64,000 nt of DNA, from positions 325,872,001 through 325,936,000 of the forward strand of contig OZ024743.1 of assembly GCA_964016885.1 (NCBI GenBank). Direction: 5' to 3'. Position 1 is the first letter of the stretch. Each line of letters opens with the position of its first letter. Positions 39,609 to 53,700 of the stretch are shown piece after piece. The position numbers and the translations under genes were made by a program. The notes under the pieces were generated by a model. It was not told the DNA's origin. It ran no database searches and saw nothing but the letters and a program-made list of their open reading frames with translations. This stretch comes from Eledone cirrhosa (Eukaryota).

Positions 39609-41123
39609 CCATTCATGTTGACATCTCTTGAAAACTGTTGGTGCTGGCGTTTTGTGTATGATTTGTTTTTTAGAAAAGTGGATGGACCGACTCCTGAGCT
39701 ATATGGTCGTTATATCGACGACTGTATCGGCGCCACCTCTCTATCACGAGAACAGCTCGATTGTTTTCTTTCTTTTGTCCAATCTTTCCATCCTGCTCTC
39801 AATTTCATTGCATCTGTCTCCGATTCTTCTGTCGCTTTTCTAGATATCTCTCTATCTATTAACCACTCTCACCACACCCTCTCTACTTCAATCTACATTA
39901 AACCAACAGACTCCCAATCTTATCTCAACTTCACCTCCTCCCATCCAACCACACCAAACACTCCATACTCTATTCCCAATTCCTCCGTCTTCGTCGACTC
40001 TGTAGCCAGGACGACGATTTCGAAACCCGTTCCCTTCGCATCATACATCATACGGCTTTCTGCTTCATACAGCGTGGATATCCCCCCACCTTGATCCAAG
40101 CTGCTCTCACCCGCGCCCGTTAAACAGACCGCACCACAGCCCTCTCACCTCACCCCCGCCCTCCCAATACCCGTGTTCCTTTCCTTCTCTCCTACCACAC
40201 CATCACCATATCACTCCGGCGACATATCCTCCGTTCCTTCCGTATCCTCTCTTCCGACCCCGTCACTTCTCGCTTTTTTTCCAAACCCACCCATTACTGC
40301 TTTTAAGCGCGCCCGAAACCTCCGCGACCTCCTGGTTTAAGCAGTTCTTTTTCGTCCTCTCCCACGACTCCACCCGGCTCTCATTCTTGTTCCCGTTTCC
40401 GCTGCAACACTTGTCCCTTTATTTCCACCCTCACCACTCTTACAGGCCCTAACGAGTCTTTCCGTATCAACCATTCCTTCACCTGCACATCCATCCACGT
40501 TATCTATGCCCTCCGGTGTTCCCTTTGCGGGTCTTTATATATCGGACAAACGGGACGCCGTATGGCGGACCGTTTTGCTGAACATTTGAGGGACATACGA
40601 CTCGGTTTGGATACTCCTGTCGCCCGTCATTTCTGTTCTCCTAGTCATTCTTCCCTACATGTTTCAGTCCTGGGTGTCCTTTAAATCAAGGATCACAGGT
40701 CTCGCGCACCAGGACTGAACAAAGTCTGATTCACCGTCTTGGGTCCTATTCCCTCTCTTGGACTAAACTCACCTCCCAAATTTCTCTAATACCCCGTCCA
40801 TTATCACACCCCTAGATTCCTATCGCTTTCTCTTTGCCCATAGCTTCGTATTTACATGCACACACACTCTTTTACTTACATATACACACACATTTCTTCT
40901 TAGCTTCGTACGGACCTATAATAACACACACACACATACACACGCACACGCACACGCACGCACACAAACTCATGCTTACGCATGTGCTCAAGTATAGCTC
41001 TTTTTACAAAACGTTTTTTTTTTCCATTTCAGGTAGACGCACTCCATCATCCACTTTTCTAAAAAGCAAATCATACACAAAACGCCAGCACCAACAGTTT
41101 TGCAAGAGATGTCAACATGAATG
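39609..41123 (+). mobile_element. Penelope-like element (Neptune-type), 5'-truncated, with inverted pLTR segment
   Basis: RT C-terminal part (RYIDD, FLD, KPTD), Cys linker CSRFRCNTC, and GIY-YIG (VIYALRCSLCGSLYIGQTGRRMADRFAEH, about 40480-40790). 39609-39683 is an inverted copy of about 41046-41123. Confidence 0.9.
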
Positions 41124-43137
41124 TTAAGAATCATCCTGTTGAGGGTCTTTGACACAAGTGACGTCAGTGAGATCCCCCTGTAGTTGTTGGTGTTAGAGAG
41201 AACTTTCTTTGGCACTGGGACGATGTTACTGATCCTCCACTGATTCGGGGCTTCTTTCTCCAGTACCTGGTTACAGAACCCCAGGATGATATCAAAATCA
41301 CACCTCTTCATCACCTCTGATGCCACTCCATCTTCTCCATGAGCCTTGCTCTCCTTGATCTTCTTCTTGGCTCTCTGAAGTTCCTCTCTGGTGAAGGGCT
41401 CTGTCTCAATATCCAGTTCTTCAAACAGCCGCCTGATCTCCCCAGTGTTCTGGGCTGTGGAGGGCGGCTCTCCTAGTAGGGTCCTAAAATGGTCTAGCCA
41501 TTTCCTCTTCCTATCCTCGGGCCCTGTTCCCTGGATCTGACTCGAACACCTTCTCTTCCTCCCTATGATCTCGTTGATGATCATCCAGCTCTCCTTACAT
41601 CCAGACCTGTCAACCGCTCTCTCCACACTTCTGATCTTCTCTATCAGTGCCTCCTCTCTGGCCTCAGTCTAAGTGGTACAGAGTTCTTCCCTCATCACCT
41701 CCACAGTCTCCATCCTCTCCTCCGTAATATCAGCATAGAATTGGACCTTGGCAGCTTTCAGGTGTTCTCTGGCTGCTCACACTTTTGGGTCTGCAGAGCT
41801 GACGTGCTTCCTTTTGTTCTTTCTCCTCGGCACCAGGGTCTCACTTGCTTCCGCCACTGCATTGGTGAAATGCCCGTACCTCCTCGTCACACTCTCCTCC
41901 GTCCTTCCAATCTCTCTCTCCTCTGTCTCTCCACACAGAACACTGAACCTGTTCCTCACTTCCACTGTGAACCTCTCCTGTAGCTTATCATCTTCCTTGA
42001 AAGCTCCCCAGTCATAGATTGCTCTCCGGGGCTGAGCCTTGCTCTTTCTTAAGCTCACCCGGACCTCACTCATAACATGCCGGTGGTCACTACCCAGTGT
42101 ACTGAAATAGTTGTATGGTTCTGAGTTCAGAACACTATTCCGCCACTTTTTCCTCACCAGAATGAAATCAATCTGGGACTTGGACAGGTCCATATCTGAG
42201 ATGTAGGTCCACATCTTCCCCGGATTCTTCCTAAACCTTAGGTTGGTCGCTATCAAGTTCGCCTCAAGCAGGGTGTCTCTCAGTAGTCTTCCATTTCAGT
42301 TGGTGTCGTTATGGAAGTACCAGCAAGGATCTTCACTGCCCTCCTTACTCAGATGTGCATTGAAGTCCCCCCAAAATAAGCAGGATGTTGTGTGCTTGTC
42401 TCCCTCGGTTAGACTATAGGCTGAGATGACTGTCAGTCTTGGGTTTCCATTGAAGGTCACCCTCAACACTCGCGGGGAGACAGGTATTATTTCCCTCACC
42501 AATAAACTGGTTTTTGTGCTGAAAATAAAACCCACTCCTCCCACTGCAGCATTGGTCATGTTCCTCACTGCCGATGTGATGATGAGCTGGCTCATCTTCC
42601 CGATCATCACACTCCTCACGGGCTCATCGTGTAGGATCCTGTGTTCTTGGATCGCAAGTATCTGTATACCACTCTCCTCGAACAGATGACCAAACTCCTC
42701 CCTCTTCTCCAGCGTCCGAATAGTCCTCACATTCAAAGTGCCCATTTTTATGGCTCTTCTGCAGGACAAAACTGCATTCTTTATATTTGTCTCAGAGACA
42801 GCTGATCCATCATCCACTGGCCCTCCCTGTGGCTCTAAGCCAGCAGAGTCATAACGACCAGACTTCTCCTTGACAGTGTAATTAGGGGCTCTAACCCTAG
42901 TACTGTTAGATAGACTCTCCATATTTCTTTTCAATGGCTGACAATACCTTACCGACGCCACTCGAATAAGGTAGTTATTTAACCCATAAATGGGGCCCTA
43001 ACAGGTACTACTACTCCGGGCCAGAGCAGACCTGGGAGTTATGACAACTAAGGGGTAACTCCACATTCCCCACAGCTCCTGAACTCCCGAACTGGAGCCT
43101 TGCCACTGGATGTAGTTTAATGTCATACCCAGGACAA
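41124..43137 (-). mobile_element. RTE-group LINE 5' half (5' UTR, APE endonuclease, start of RT), inverted
   Basis: GTLNVRT, LAIQEHR, GDFNA, SQIDFIL, SDHR, NYRGISLTS motifs. The upstream non-coding 42962-43137 is contiguous with them. Confidence 0.88.
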
Positions 43138-44007
43138 TAGTGGACTATTGTATGCGCCTTGCACTGGAGAAACACCAGGACTCTAGCTTTACTGTAGCAC
43201 CGACTCAGAGCAGGAGAGTTAAGGCGAAAAAGATATCGGATGCTGTATTTGCCGACGACATAGCTTTGGTGACAAATACAGTGAAGGAGGCAGAGGATTT
43301 GATGCAGGAGGTTGAGACTGTGTCGATGAGTGTGGGGCTGAGAATGAATGAGACTAAAATAAAATATCTGTTAGAGAATGTTGAGAAGCCAGAGGGGATC
43401 ACTAATGTAGGCGGGAAGCCGCTAGAATTGGTTGAGGACTTCCTGTATTTGGGAGCAAAGATTGGAAATACGGAAGATGATGTGGTTGAGAGGAAGAGCA
43501 AAGCCTGGGCGGCGTGCCACAGCTTGAGATTGGTGTGGAAGTCGGACCTTCGTAAAGACCTGAAAATTCGCCTCTTCATTGCTGTAGTGGTGTCTGTGCT
43601 GCTGTACGGGTCTGACACTTGGACACTGACCACGAAACTCACTCAGATGGTGGATGGTTGCTACACGAGAATGCTGAGGATGGCTCTGAACATTAATCAG
43701 TATACACTGAGGTTGAAAAACTCAGAGCTCTATGGGAGCCTCCCAAAAGTCAGCTCAAAAGTGACACAGAGGAGACTGGGGTTAGCTGGACATGCTCACC
43801 GAAATCCAGAGTTGACATTGCACTCAGTGCTCCTGTAGGAGCCCCTACATGGAGAGACTGGAAGAGGAAGACCAAGGTTAACATATGTTGAAGCCTTAAG
43901 GACAGACACTGGTCTGTTGGAGACGCAGGACATGGCAGCGATAATGAGGGACAGAGACCGCTGGAGAGAACTCGTCCATGGATCTCGGGAATTTTACTCG
44001 CCCTAGA
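43138..44007 (+). mobile_element. RTE-group LINE 3' half (RT domains 5-7 and C-terminus)
   Basis: FADDIAL, FLYLG, SVLLYGSDTW, LAGH, GRPR motifs. Ends in (TA)n. Confidence 0.9.
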
Positions 44008-44125
44008 TATATATATATATATACATATATATAACGAAGGAAATGTGGTAAGGAATCAGATGGATCACTTAGTCCAGAATTAGCCGTCGAAACGGCTTGA
44101 GCTCAGCCGTCGGGGTCCTACTCGT

Positions 44126-44204
<79 letters not shown>

Positions 44205-44429
44205 AGAATCTACTTTATCATGATTGTACCGAGCCTCTCGAAAGAGGTGACACAGGACTGAGCGGACTGCCATAATATTTCTTTTAAAAAACACCCACCA
44301 GTACAAGTACTGCGACACTAAAGCTAAGCGTAGTGAAAGATCAGAGACTACAAGATTTGATGATTGAACGGAAACTACATAGATTTAATGAGGATCTTCT
44401 GTTAGGACGACCACGTGACAATCCCTCTA

Positions 44430-44880
44430 GTGCTGGTGCCACGATAACATACACCCAATGCACCCTGTAAAGTGGTAGCGTTGGTATCATGATAAAATAC
44501 ACCCAGTTTACTCTGTAAAGTGGTAGTGTTGATGTCATGATAAAATGCACGCAGTATGTTCAGTAAAGTGGTAGTGTTGATGTCATGATAAAAGACACCC
44601 AGTACACTCTGTAAAGTGGCAGTCCTGGTGCCATGATAAAAGACACCCAGTACACTCTGTAAAGTGGTAGTGCTGGCATCACGATAAAATGTACAGTCCA
44701 CTGTATAAAGTATTGGTGCCTCGTAAAACGCGTACCTATTTCACCTCGGTAAGGCGTTTGGTGTTAGGAATGGCATCCAGCCAAAGAGACCGTGCTGAAA
44801 ATGGAACATATGTGCGAGATGGTCAGGTCGCTCTGACCAATCTGGTCTCGAACTATGACAGCCCGTCCAACTGAAGCTAG
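44430..44880 (+). repeat. About 48-bp tandem array (about 6 units) inside a SINE-like element
   Basis: ctgtaaagtggtagtgttgatgtcatgataaaagacacccagtacact-like units near 44465, 44513, 44562, 44609, 44657 and 44702. Confidence 0.85.
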
Positions 44881-45152
44881 CGAGGAGAGTAAACGTAAAA
44901 TCTATGATATGATGAAGACTATGTTCTGTAGTTTTTCTCCGTCTGCCATACACGAACACTATAATGACAAAACCGTTATGAAATTATAATTTAAATGAAT
45001 GAAACTTAATTAAAAGTAAATCCTGTCTCCTGCTTAGAAACATTAAGGATTATGGGAGGTTTAAAATGTTCTAACATGTTTTTATTCATACCAGAATCTA
45101 GTCATCTCTGTCGACCGTGTTCTCTGTCTATCGGTTTCTCAACTACCAGCGC

Positions 45153-45261
<109 letters not shown>

Positions 45262-45896
45262 CATCTCTCTCTCTCTCTTTTTTTTTTTTTTTACGAAGTC
45301 GGAAGTCTATTGGTATGTCTCTCCTTCTGGTGTTACCATTTACACAACATGTCTCCACTGTGCCTTGTTGTTTCCGGTCCTGAACCTTTTTGTTGCTTAT
45401 CTGTTTACGTACTCATTTTGCTCTCCTGGTCGAAATATACTTACTTGTCCCCTGTTGTGTTATCTTAAATGCATCTTTCTAGCAGCATGTTATAAGCTGT
45501 CGTGCAACCTGGATTCAATATTATGCAATACCACACTTATGCACGAAATTGCATTGCCCATGTGGTGGATGATGAGGAAGTTAGCTGCTTTTGTTCATTC
45601 GTCTCATGTGTTTCGATTGTTTTCCTGTGCAAATTTGCTATATATATGAAAGACTAAAGATCCCATAACTCCTTGTGGAGTAGAAGAGGTCCTGTCATAC
45701 GGCGTGTCTAGTGCACATTTAAACCTGGTGGAGCCCAACCATCACCAGGTCTGAACACAGCCGATTTTTTCTATAGAGGAAGAATCGACCCCAGTACTGG
45801 ACTGGTACTATTTTTATCGACATCGAAAGGATGAAATGCAAAGTTGACCACGGTGGGATTTGAACTCAGAGCGCGCAATGAGGTGGGACGGATACC

Positions 45897-45942
<46 letters not shown>

Positions 45943-46589
45943 ATACTTTAGGAAGGTCATGCTGCCAATAAAAAACACAAGGACTTGTTGGATTTCACTT
46001 TAATTTATTATTATAATTGCTCAGTCAAGTTAGTTTAGTAAACGGATGATTGTTTAGTTGTTGATTGTCATCAAAGCTTTTTCGTCACCCAATCTGTGGC
46101 CTCCTCAATGACTACTTTTGTTGTTATTTTGTGTCTCTCCTTTGTTCTCTCCGTCATATATATTATATGAAGGCGTATGGCTCAGCGGTTAGAGAGTTGG
46201 GCTTACAATTGTGAGGTCGTGAATTCGATTCCCAGAGCGAGCGCTGTTTTGTGTCTTTGAGCAAGACACTTTATTTCATGTTTCTCCAGTTCAGTCAGCT
46301 GTAGAAATGGGAAACATGGGTGGCCTGGAGTGGGGACAGTGGTATGCATGGCCACTGTTGGTCTTCCACAAACAAATTTGCTCTGACTTGTGCCTCGGAG
46401 GAGAATCTTTTTAGGTGTAAATCCCATGGTCATTCGTGACCGAAACGGGTCTTTATCCTTTGAGCACTATCAAATGTAGGGGATATCATTTTTTTTTTTT
46501 TTTTACTTCAACATTATTTTTCTTTTTTTAAACACTTTAGTCTTTATTGTGTTGTATGAGATGAAAGAATGGTATTTAACTAATGTATT

Positions 46590-47580
46590 GGTACGCGATG
46601 GGGCCCACCCACAGCCCCGGCGGACAGAATGGAGAAGGCGTTTCCCCGGAGGACGGCAAGGGAGACGCGCTGGAAAAGCCACTCCAACTCGCAGGGCTCA
46701 CACCTGCAGCTGGCCAGCTCAGCGCCTATGGTGGTGAGTAAGGAGGTAGCCCTGGGGGCCGAGGACACCAGAAGTCTCCACTGCCAGGGGAACGACCGCA
46801 AACCTGTCGGAGAGCGACCGGTATTTGATGAGTTTGGCCTCCTCAGCCCGATGTGCAGCAGAACCTGGGTCAGTCGCAGACTGCACCAGGTTGCGGCTGC
46901 AGAAAGTGTTGGTGCAAGTGGCATCCCAGACGAGGGGTTTGCCACCGCGGAACGGGAAGATGGTCATGCCATCTGGCCTTTTGCGGTCCCCTCGATCCAT
47001 CCCCACCTGCAGCGTCCAAGCCATGCTTAATGACCTCGTTGAGGGAAGCATGGCGTGGAAGGCGGTCGGCACTGTGGCGACAGGAAAGCTGGTAGAGGCC
47101 GAAAGAGTCCACAGTGGAACCGCAGCGACATTGGTGTGGCTGGCAGATCCGGAGGCCGAGCCTCAGGGAAACGCATATTCGCAGGCTATGGTTGTCTAGC
47201 TGCGTGCCAGTGGAGAAGGAGGGCAGGGCATGGAGCCAGGCACCACTGTGGGGTTTGGAGGCCGCACGAAAACAAGCAAGGCGGTGCTGGTCGAGCTGGC
47301 GCGTGAGCCTGTCTGAGGCCAGGCTGCACTGGGAGGACTTGACGTCAACAGGGGGAGAAAGAGGAGGGACGTCTACTGGGCTAAGTCCCAGCCGGTCCCA
47401 CGTCTCACAGGCGGCCTCACGTTCTCTGAACACAGAGGGTTCTGTTGTGTTTTGAAGAACCCTGCTGACGAGGACGCGGCACGAGGTTACCGACGAAAGA
47501 TACGCCGGCAAAGCTAGTGAGATCGGGGACTGGAGGCCAAGGCCGCCATACCTGACCGGTAAAGTGGCCTGTTGCCATCC
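46590..47580 (-). mobile_element. CRE-like non-LTR retrotransposon 3' portion (CCHC plus RLE)
   Basis: GAWL, LRLG..CRCG..SC, RH, RPDGMTIFPF..WDATC, AVETSG motifs. GC-rich relative to the flanks. Confidence 0.85.
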
Positions 47581-47761
47581 TATGTCATCAAACTTGACGT
47601 TGCATATCCCCTCGGCTGCTGCTCGGATACAAGTGTCGAGGTCAGTGAGGAGAGATGTCTGGGTGATAAGAAATGGTTTTCCGAAAAGGAAGAGAACGTG
47701 ACTGCCATTAAATAAAGAAATAAGGAACTCAATACATTAAGTAGAGAAGGAACATGAAGGT

Positions 47762-47836
<75 letters not shown>

Positions 47837-49429
47837 TTAAGACTCAGTCAGTAACGCTCGCTGACATCAAATGCTGCACATTTAAACCGACAGATCATTA
47901 TACGCATCCTTTGTGTTTAATCATCCTACTGTCACTTTTGCCTTTCATATCACACACAGTACTTCTTTTCACAATGAAATAAAATACCTGTAATATACTT
48001 AGGGTAATTCAATCTATTATTCCTCTGGCATCTTGAGCTTGTACCGTTTACCACAGACTTGGGTTGACTTATGTGTTGTGAGTGAAATAGGGTAGCCAGA
48101 AATAGTTTGGAAACCCGTTGGGTTGACTGTACCTGTCATACACTGTGTCAAACTGAACCACTCGGAGAATTACCTTGACGGTACACGTGTCTGTGGAATG
48201 CTCAGTCACTTACATGTTAACGTAATGAGTAGCCTGTTCTGTTGTTAGAACAACTAGAAAAGTCATCGTCGAAACCAACAGAGGTCCATTCCAATCCGAA
48301 AATATTTTTCGGAGAATCATGACATAACTCCACAAGATATCTTTGTTTTAATTTCCTCCTCTGGTATCCACTGATCAAATAAACCTATGATTAAATGCAT
48401 TCAAGTCGTGTCTATCTCATTATGTATCTAGGAATATGTTTATTATTTGATTTATCCCTCCCATTTTAAGTGCACAGGTTGTGGTTTTAAGGAAATTTGA
48501 CTGTTATTTCTAGCAGATCGATTGACCACTTGTTGGAACTAGATACTCTTTTTATTATTATTTGTAGCCCAGGTCAAGCGTAACCGAATAGACCAGTGAT
48601 CAAAGGCCGTAGCCATCAGTAACGACTAGGTATATTTAGGGCTGTGTCTAGCATTACATAATCCAAATGCCCCTTCTTTATTTATAGCGGTACGACACGG
48701 GTTGAAGTACATTTGGCTATCATATCTTTTAGGTTGAGCGAAATATAGAGTTTTATGAGTTCGTAGTTCAGAGGTCAAGTGAATGTCACTGAGTTACTAT
48801 TAATAATAAACGGACCTTATTTTGGAGCTATAACATCAAATATTTTCCGAAAAAAAAACACGAGTAGTTTTTAATGTTGTTTAGATCCAAATCAGCTCTG
48901 ATTCTGATAAACATTGCAGCTATAACCACCTCAATCTTATTGTGGGCAGAGTTTACAAGAGTATCTAAAACTATATTATCCTGTGGTTTTGGAAATATTT
49001 GGCAACTATTTCTGAGCGACCATGTAACTGGATCCCTCATATGACAAGTCTTGTGACGATTGCTGCTGTCTGAACAATGAGTCAAAGAGCTCATTACAAA
49101 ATTTAGTGGCCTTTTCGTCTCGTAGTTCGACAAGAATTTGTTGAGTTATAAATAAATTCACGCTGTTCGGTGGAAGTATCACTTTCAAGGAACTGTTATG
49201 ATGTTGTCAGCAAACAAAACTGGAACTTCACACTTATCATGTTTGCTTATTTCTTGATCAACATTCTTATAATTTAGTTGATGACAGAAGTAAGCGCAGC
49301 ATACCACGTAGTTTAACACCACCACCTGCTAAATATTTGGACCAGGTTTTCGACTGCAGATTTTGAGGATCTCTCAGCATGCCGTTACTTTTTTATTTCC
49401 TCAAAATGGAAAAGAAATAAGTAAAACAG

Positions 49430-50590
49430 AAATATACCTGCTGGACAATCCTTTTTCCTTAATATCAATGAACTTCCTGCCAAACTAGATCCAATATTAT
49501 CTCTTACTTGCAAACACCAAACCCTGTTCATCACTGAAACACAAATCCTTCAATCTCTATCCATAGTACATATCTGCTATCCAGTGTCTTCTGTAGGGGA
49601 TGTCTATGCATGCCTAGATTGCACAGTGTCTGCCACTCACTTCATTCGTCTGTATTTCAGCAACCTAAGACGTTCAGCTATTCTGGCTCAAAGTCTCCTT
49701 CATTCACCCCTTCTAGTATATGAGGGTCGTCTAAAAAGTTCATAGGCTGACCGAGATACTCTCATGGAATGACTAAATGAGTTTTATTTTTCAACATAGT
49801 CTCTGGAAAAAAAACAATAAGAAGGGTTGAAATTAATGCATGCAAGATTTCACAGCTCTAGTATCAATCGTTTATAGTCAGCCTATGAACTGTTCAGCCG
49901 ACACTTGTATCTGTTGCTTCCACTCTCCAGGCTCCACAAACCTGCAACATCTTTTCAGCCATATCTCTTCCTCCATTGAAGAAAAATACCTCTCTTTATC
50001 TCTCTCCAAAGCCATTCCCCCACGGTAACTTCAACGTTCATAATTCCTCATGATTCTCACACAGATGACGTACTGCTGAGAGCGAAACCTTTGCAATTCT
50101 GAACAAGTTACACCAACTTACCCCCCCCCCCTCACACACACGCATTCTGCACCAACACACAGGCACGCCAAACAATTTCTTTTTAACCTCCAAATTCAAC
50201 CTCTACCAGATGATAAATGTCTCTGTCCCTATCGAGCCATCTGACCACTGCCTTATAACGACTACCCAAAACACACCCACATACTACTCAACGCTTTCCA
50301 CCCATCGGATCATATGCCACTTCAAGTCAGTCGATTAGCCAGAGTTTCAAACGTTTTATGCTATCCTTGGTAACACATGTCCTTCTATCTTGACCCAGTC
50401 TCTTAGACATCCTCCACACAAAAACTCAACGCAAAAAGTCTCCCAAGTGATTCATTTGTAGCTGCACTGCAGAAGTTCAGTCGAAACATAAAACATACAT
50501 CGCCTGGAGAAAATCTCCCACCCTGCAAAACTGGACAACGTTTACCCATGTTTGCAATTCTTACAACGACGAAGGACCTTATTATTCCTA
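49430..50590 (+). mobile_element. Degenerate APE-type LINE fragment interrupted by a mariner MITE
   Basis: FLNIN..LFITETQI, G-FNVH and SDH remnants. Confidence 0.5.
49721..49907. mobile_element. Mariner-derived MITE
   Basis: Imperfect TIRs tgagggtcgtctaaaaagttcataggctgac / gtcagcctatgaactgttcagccgacacttg, flanked by TA. Confidence 0.75.
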
Positions 50591-50659
50591 TGTGTGTTCA
50601 ACTGTTGAATTAATTTAATTTGATTATTTTAACAAACAAATAATATATATATATGTGTG

Positions 50660-50735
<76 letters not shown>

Positions 50736-50774
50736 TAACATGTGTGGTAACATGTGGTAACATGTGAGGTAACA

Positions 50775-53700
50775 TGTAACCCAGTACTACCTGTCTCATG
50801 TGGGCTCATCGGCGACTAAACCGGCAACCCCACCAAGCTTGCTTGGTGGGGAGGGTGATATTTGGACACCCTGCGGGATGAAATACAAGATCCGGCAAAG
50901 GGCGGAGGAACTGAGCAGAGTCAACGCCATCCAAATAGTACTTTATTTCTTTTTTTACCTGGGAGTGAAGGGCCCCCTGTTGTTGTCACAACACCTTTCT
51001 AGGAGAGGGAAACTCTGAAAAAAAACCTGCGGCTTTGGAAGCATCCGATGATGTTGACCAGTTCTCCTTTTCGGGTAGTGTTTTCGATGCCCAGATAGTG
51101 GGGTTGGTCGCGTGCAAGGCCTTTCCCCACTTAAAAAACATTCAAAGAACAGGAATCGCTTGTTCAGGATCTGTTACAGGTTCGTGTGGCTGGCCGTAGC
51201 CTAAAAGTGAACCAAACTCTATGATGACAGATGATAACCTTGAAGTCAATGGCAGTAAGGGCTCTGGGACTTATTGTGAAGGGGTCTGGTCCGGCAAGTG
51301 TCCCATGGCACCGCAGCGTGGGCCCGGTCGTCATCCTACAACTGCAAGGAGGTTCAAACCTCTGAATATTGGATGTTGGAATGTAAAAACTTTACTGGAT
51401 TCCCAGTCTAATAAAACTCACCCTGAAAGAAGATCTGCTTTGGTGTCGAAGGAACTCGATCGCTATAACATGGACATCGCTGCTCTTTCAGAAAGGAGAT
51501 TGGCAGGTGAGGGTCAATTCACAGAACAGAAGGGAGGATATACCTTCTATTGGAGTGGTGGAGCAGAGGGTTGTAGGAGAGAGGCAGAGGTCGCATTTGC
51601 AGTCAGGAATGGAATCGTCTCAAAGCTGTAAAATCTTCCTTGTGGAATCAATGATCAGATAATGTCCATGAGACTCCTTCTGATTCAAAACCGCTTTGTG
51701 ACTCTGGTCAGTGTGTACGCTCCTACTTTGTGTGCTAGTGATGATGAAAAACTAAGTTTCTACATGTCTTTGAGAGAAGTCATCCATGGTATATCTTATG
51801 CAGACAAGATTGTCATCCTTGGTGATTTTAATGCACGTGTTGGTAATGACTGGGAAGCTTAAAGTGTGATGGGCAGGTATGTCCTACCTCTGTTGCAGAT
51901 GTGCACTGAGATGGATCTTGTTGTTGGGAACACGCTCTTTCAGCAGAAAGACAAATATAAGACAACTTGGATGCAAATATAAGACAACTTGGATGCAAAT
52001 ATAAGACAACTTGGTTCCAAGAAGTGGCACCTTATTGACTTTGTTTTAACGAGAAAACGTGATATCCACGTTGGTTCGTGTATTGCGAGGCGCGGAATGT
52101 TGGACTGATCATCGTCTGGTGCGCGCCAAGTTTCAATATGTTGTGAAGACCAAAGTAAGGGGGAAGAAGGTTGCACTTCCAAGACAGCTAAACGTGGCTC
52201 GTCTGAAAACAGAGAAAGTCAGAGCTGAGCTGTCGAGGTCCCTTAAGTCCATGGAATGTGAAAATACTTGGGAATCATTGAAGAAAACCGTCTATGATGT
52301 TATTGCTGGAGTTTTGGGTCATACCAATAGAAAGCATAAAGACTGGTTCGATGAAAATGATCCAGTGATCCAGACCTTGTTTGAAGAGGAACAAAAAGTG
52401 CTGACGTCATTGTTGTGTGAGACACGTTCTGACGGGAGTGACCGGACCTTTATGGCTCTCAATCGAACCATACAAGATACCTGGTGAAGCCAAAAGGCTG
52501 ATGAAATCCAGAAGACCTCAGATAGACCTGATACAAAGCTCCTATACAGTCTGCTCAGGGAGGTGTATGTTTTGACCGGTTCACAAATATCACCACTTCG
52601 CTCCGGAGACGGCAAGGAATTGCTCAGAGATCCGAAGGAAATCCTGATCAGGTGGCATGACCACTTTGATGAGCTTCTCAACAGACCATCAGAAATTGAT
52701 GATGAGTTCATCCGGTTGATTCCATCTAGACCTACAAAGCTGGCAATGGCTGATCCTCCTTCATTTGATGAGGTGGCGAAGGCCATTGCCAAATTAAACA
52801 GCGGCAAGACACCTGGAATGAATGGACTGAGTGTCAAGATTTTCAAGTGTGCTGGTGATAACTTCTTGCCACCTCACTGATCTCTTTGTGGATGTTTGGA
52901 ATGAAGTAGATGTGCCACAGGATTGGAAAGGTGCATTGATGGTGGTACTTTACAAAGGAAAGGGAGCCAAAGATGACTGTGGCAACTATAGAGATATTTC
53001 ACTGCTATCTGTGGCTGGGAAGATCTTGTGCAGGATATTGTTGGATAGATTGATACAGCACATTGCTGTTGGGGTAGTCCCAATGTGGATTTAGGAATGG
53101 CAGAGGCACTGTTGACATGATCTCGACCAAACAACTTCAAGAGAAATGCATTGAGCAGCGCATGGACTTATACCAAGTTTTTGTCGATCTAACCAAGACA
53201 TTTGACACCGTTAATCGGAAGGCTTTGTGGTTTATTTTGGAGAGATTGGGTTGTCCTGAAAAGTTTGTGAACATTCTGAAACTCTTCCACGGTGACATGC
53301 AGGCATGGGTGAATGTTGGAGGTAAACTTTCTGAGCCAATCTCAGTTGAAAATGGTGTCAAGCAGGGTGATATACCTGCACCGACTTTGTTTGCCTTGTA
53401 TTTAGCGATGGTGTTCTTCATGGCCTTCAAGGATTGTCAACACGGTATCTATCTCAGATATAGCACTTCCGGCAGGCTGTTTAACCTTAGGCGTCTCACT
53501 GCCAGCACTAGGTACTGAGTACCTTGATCAGAGAATTTTTATATGCAGACGATTGTGATCTCCTTGCACACTCCCAGAGTGACATGCAACACCTTATGGG
53601 TTCTTTTTCCAATGCGTGCAGTGCTTTGGGACTGACAATCAGTCTGAAGAAGACTGTCGTCATATACCAGCCTGCTCCTGATAAAGTTTTCAATGAACCC

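Noticed and set aside
48830-49400. Coding-looking non-repetitive stretch
   Set aside because: All frames examined are interrupted, with no recognisable motif or coherent splice pair.
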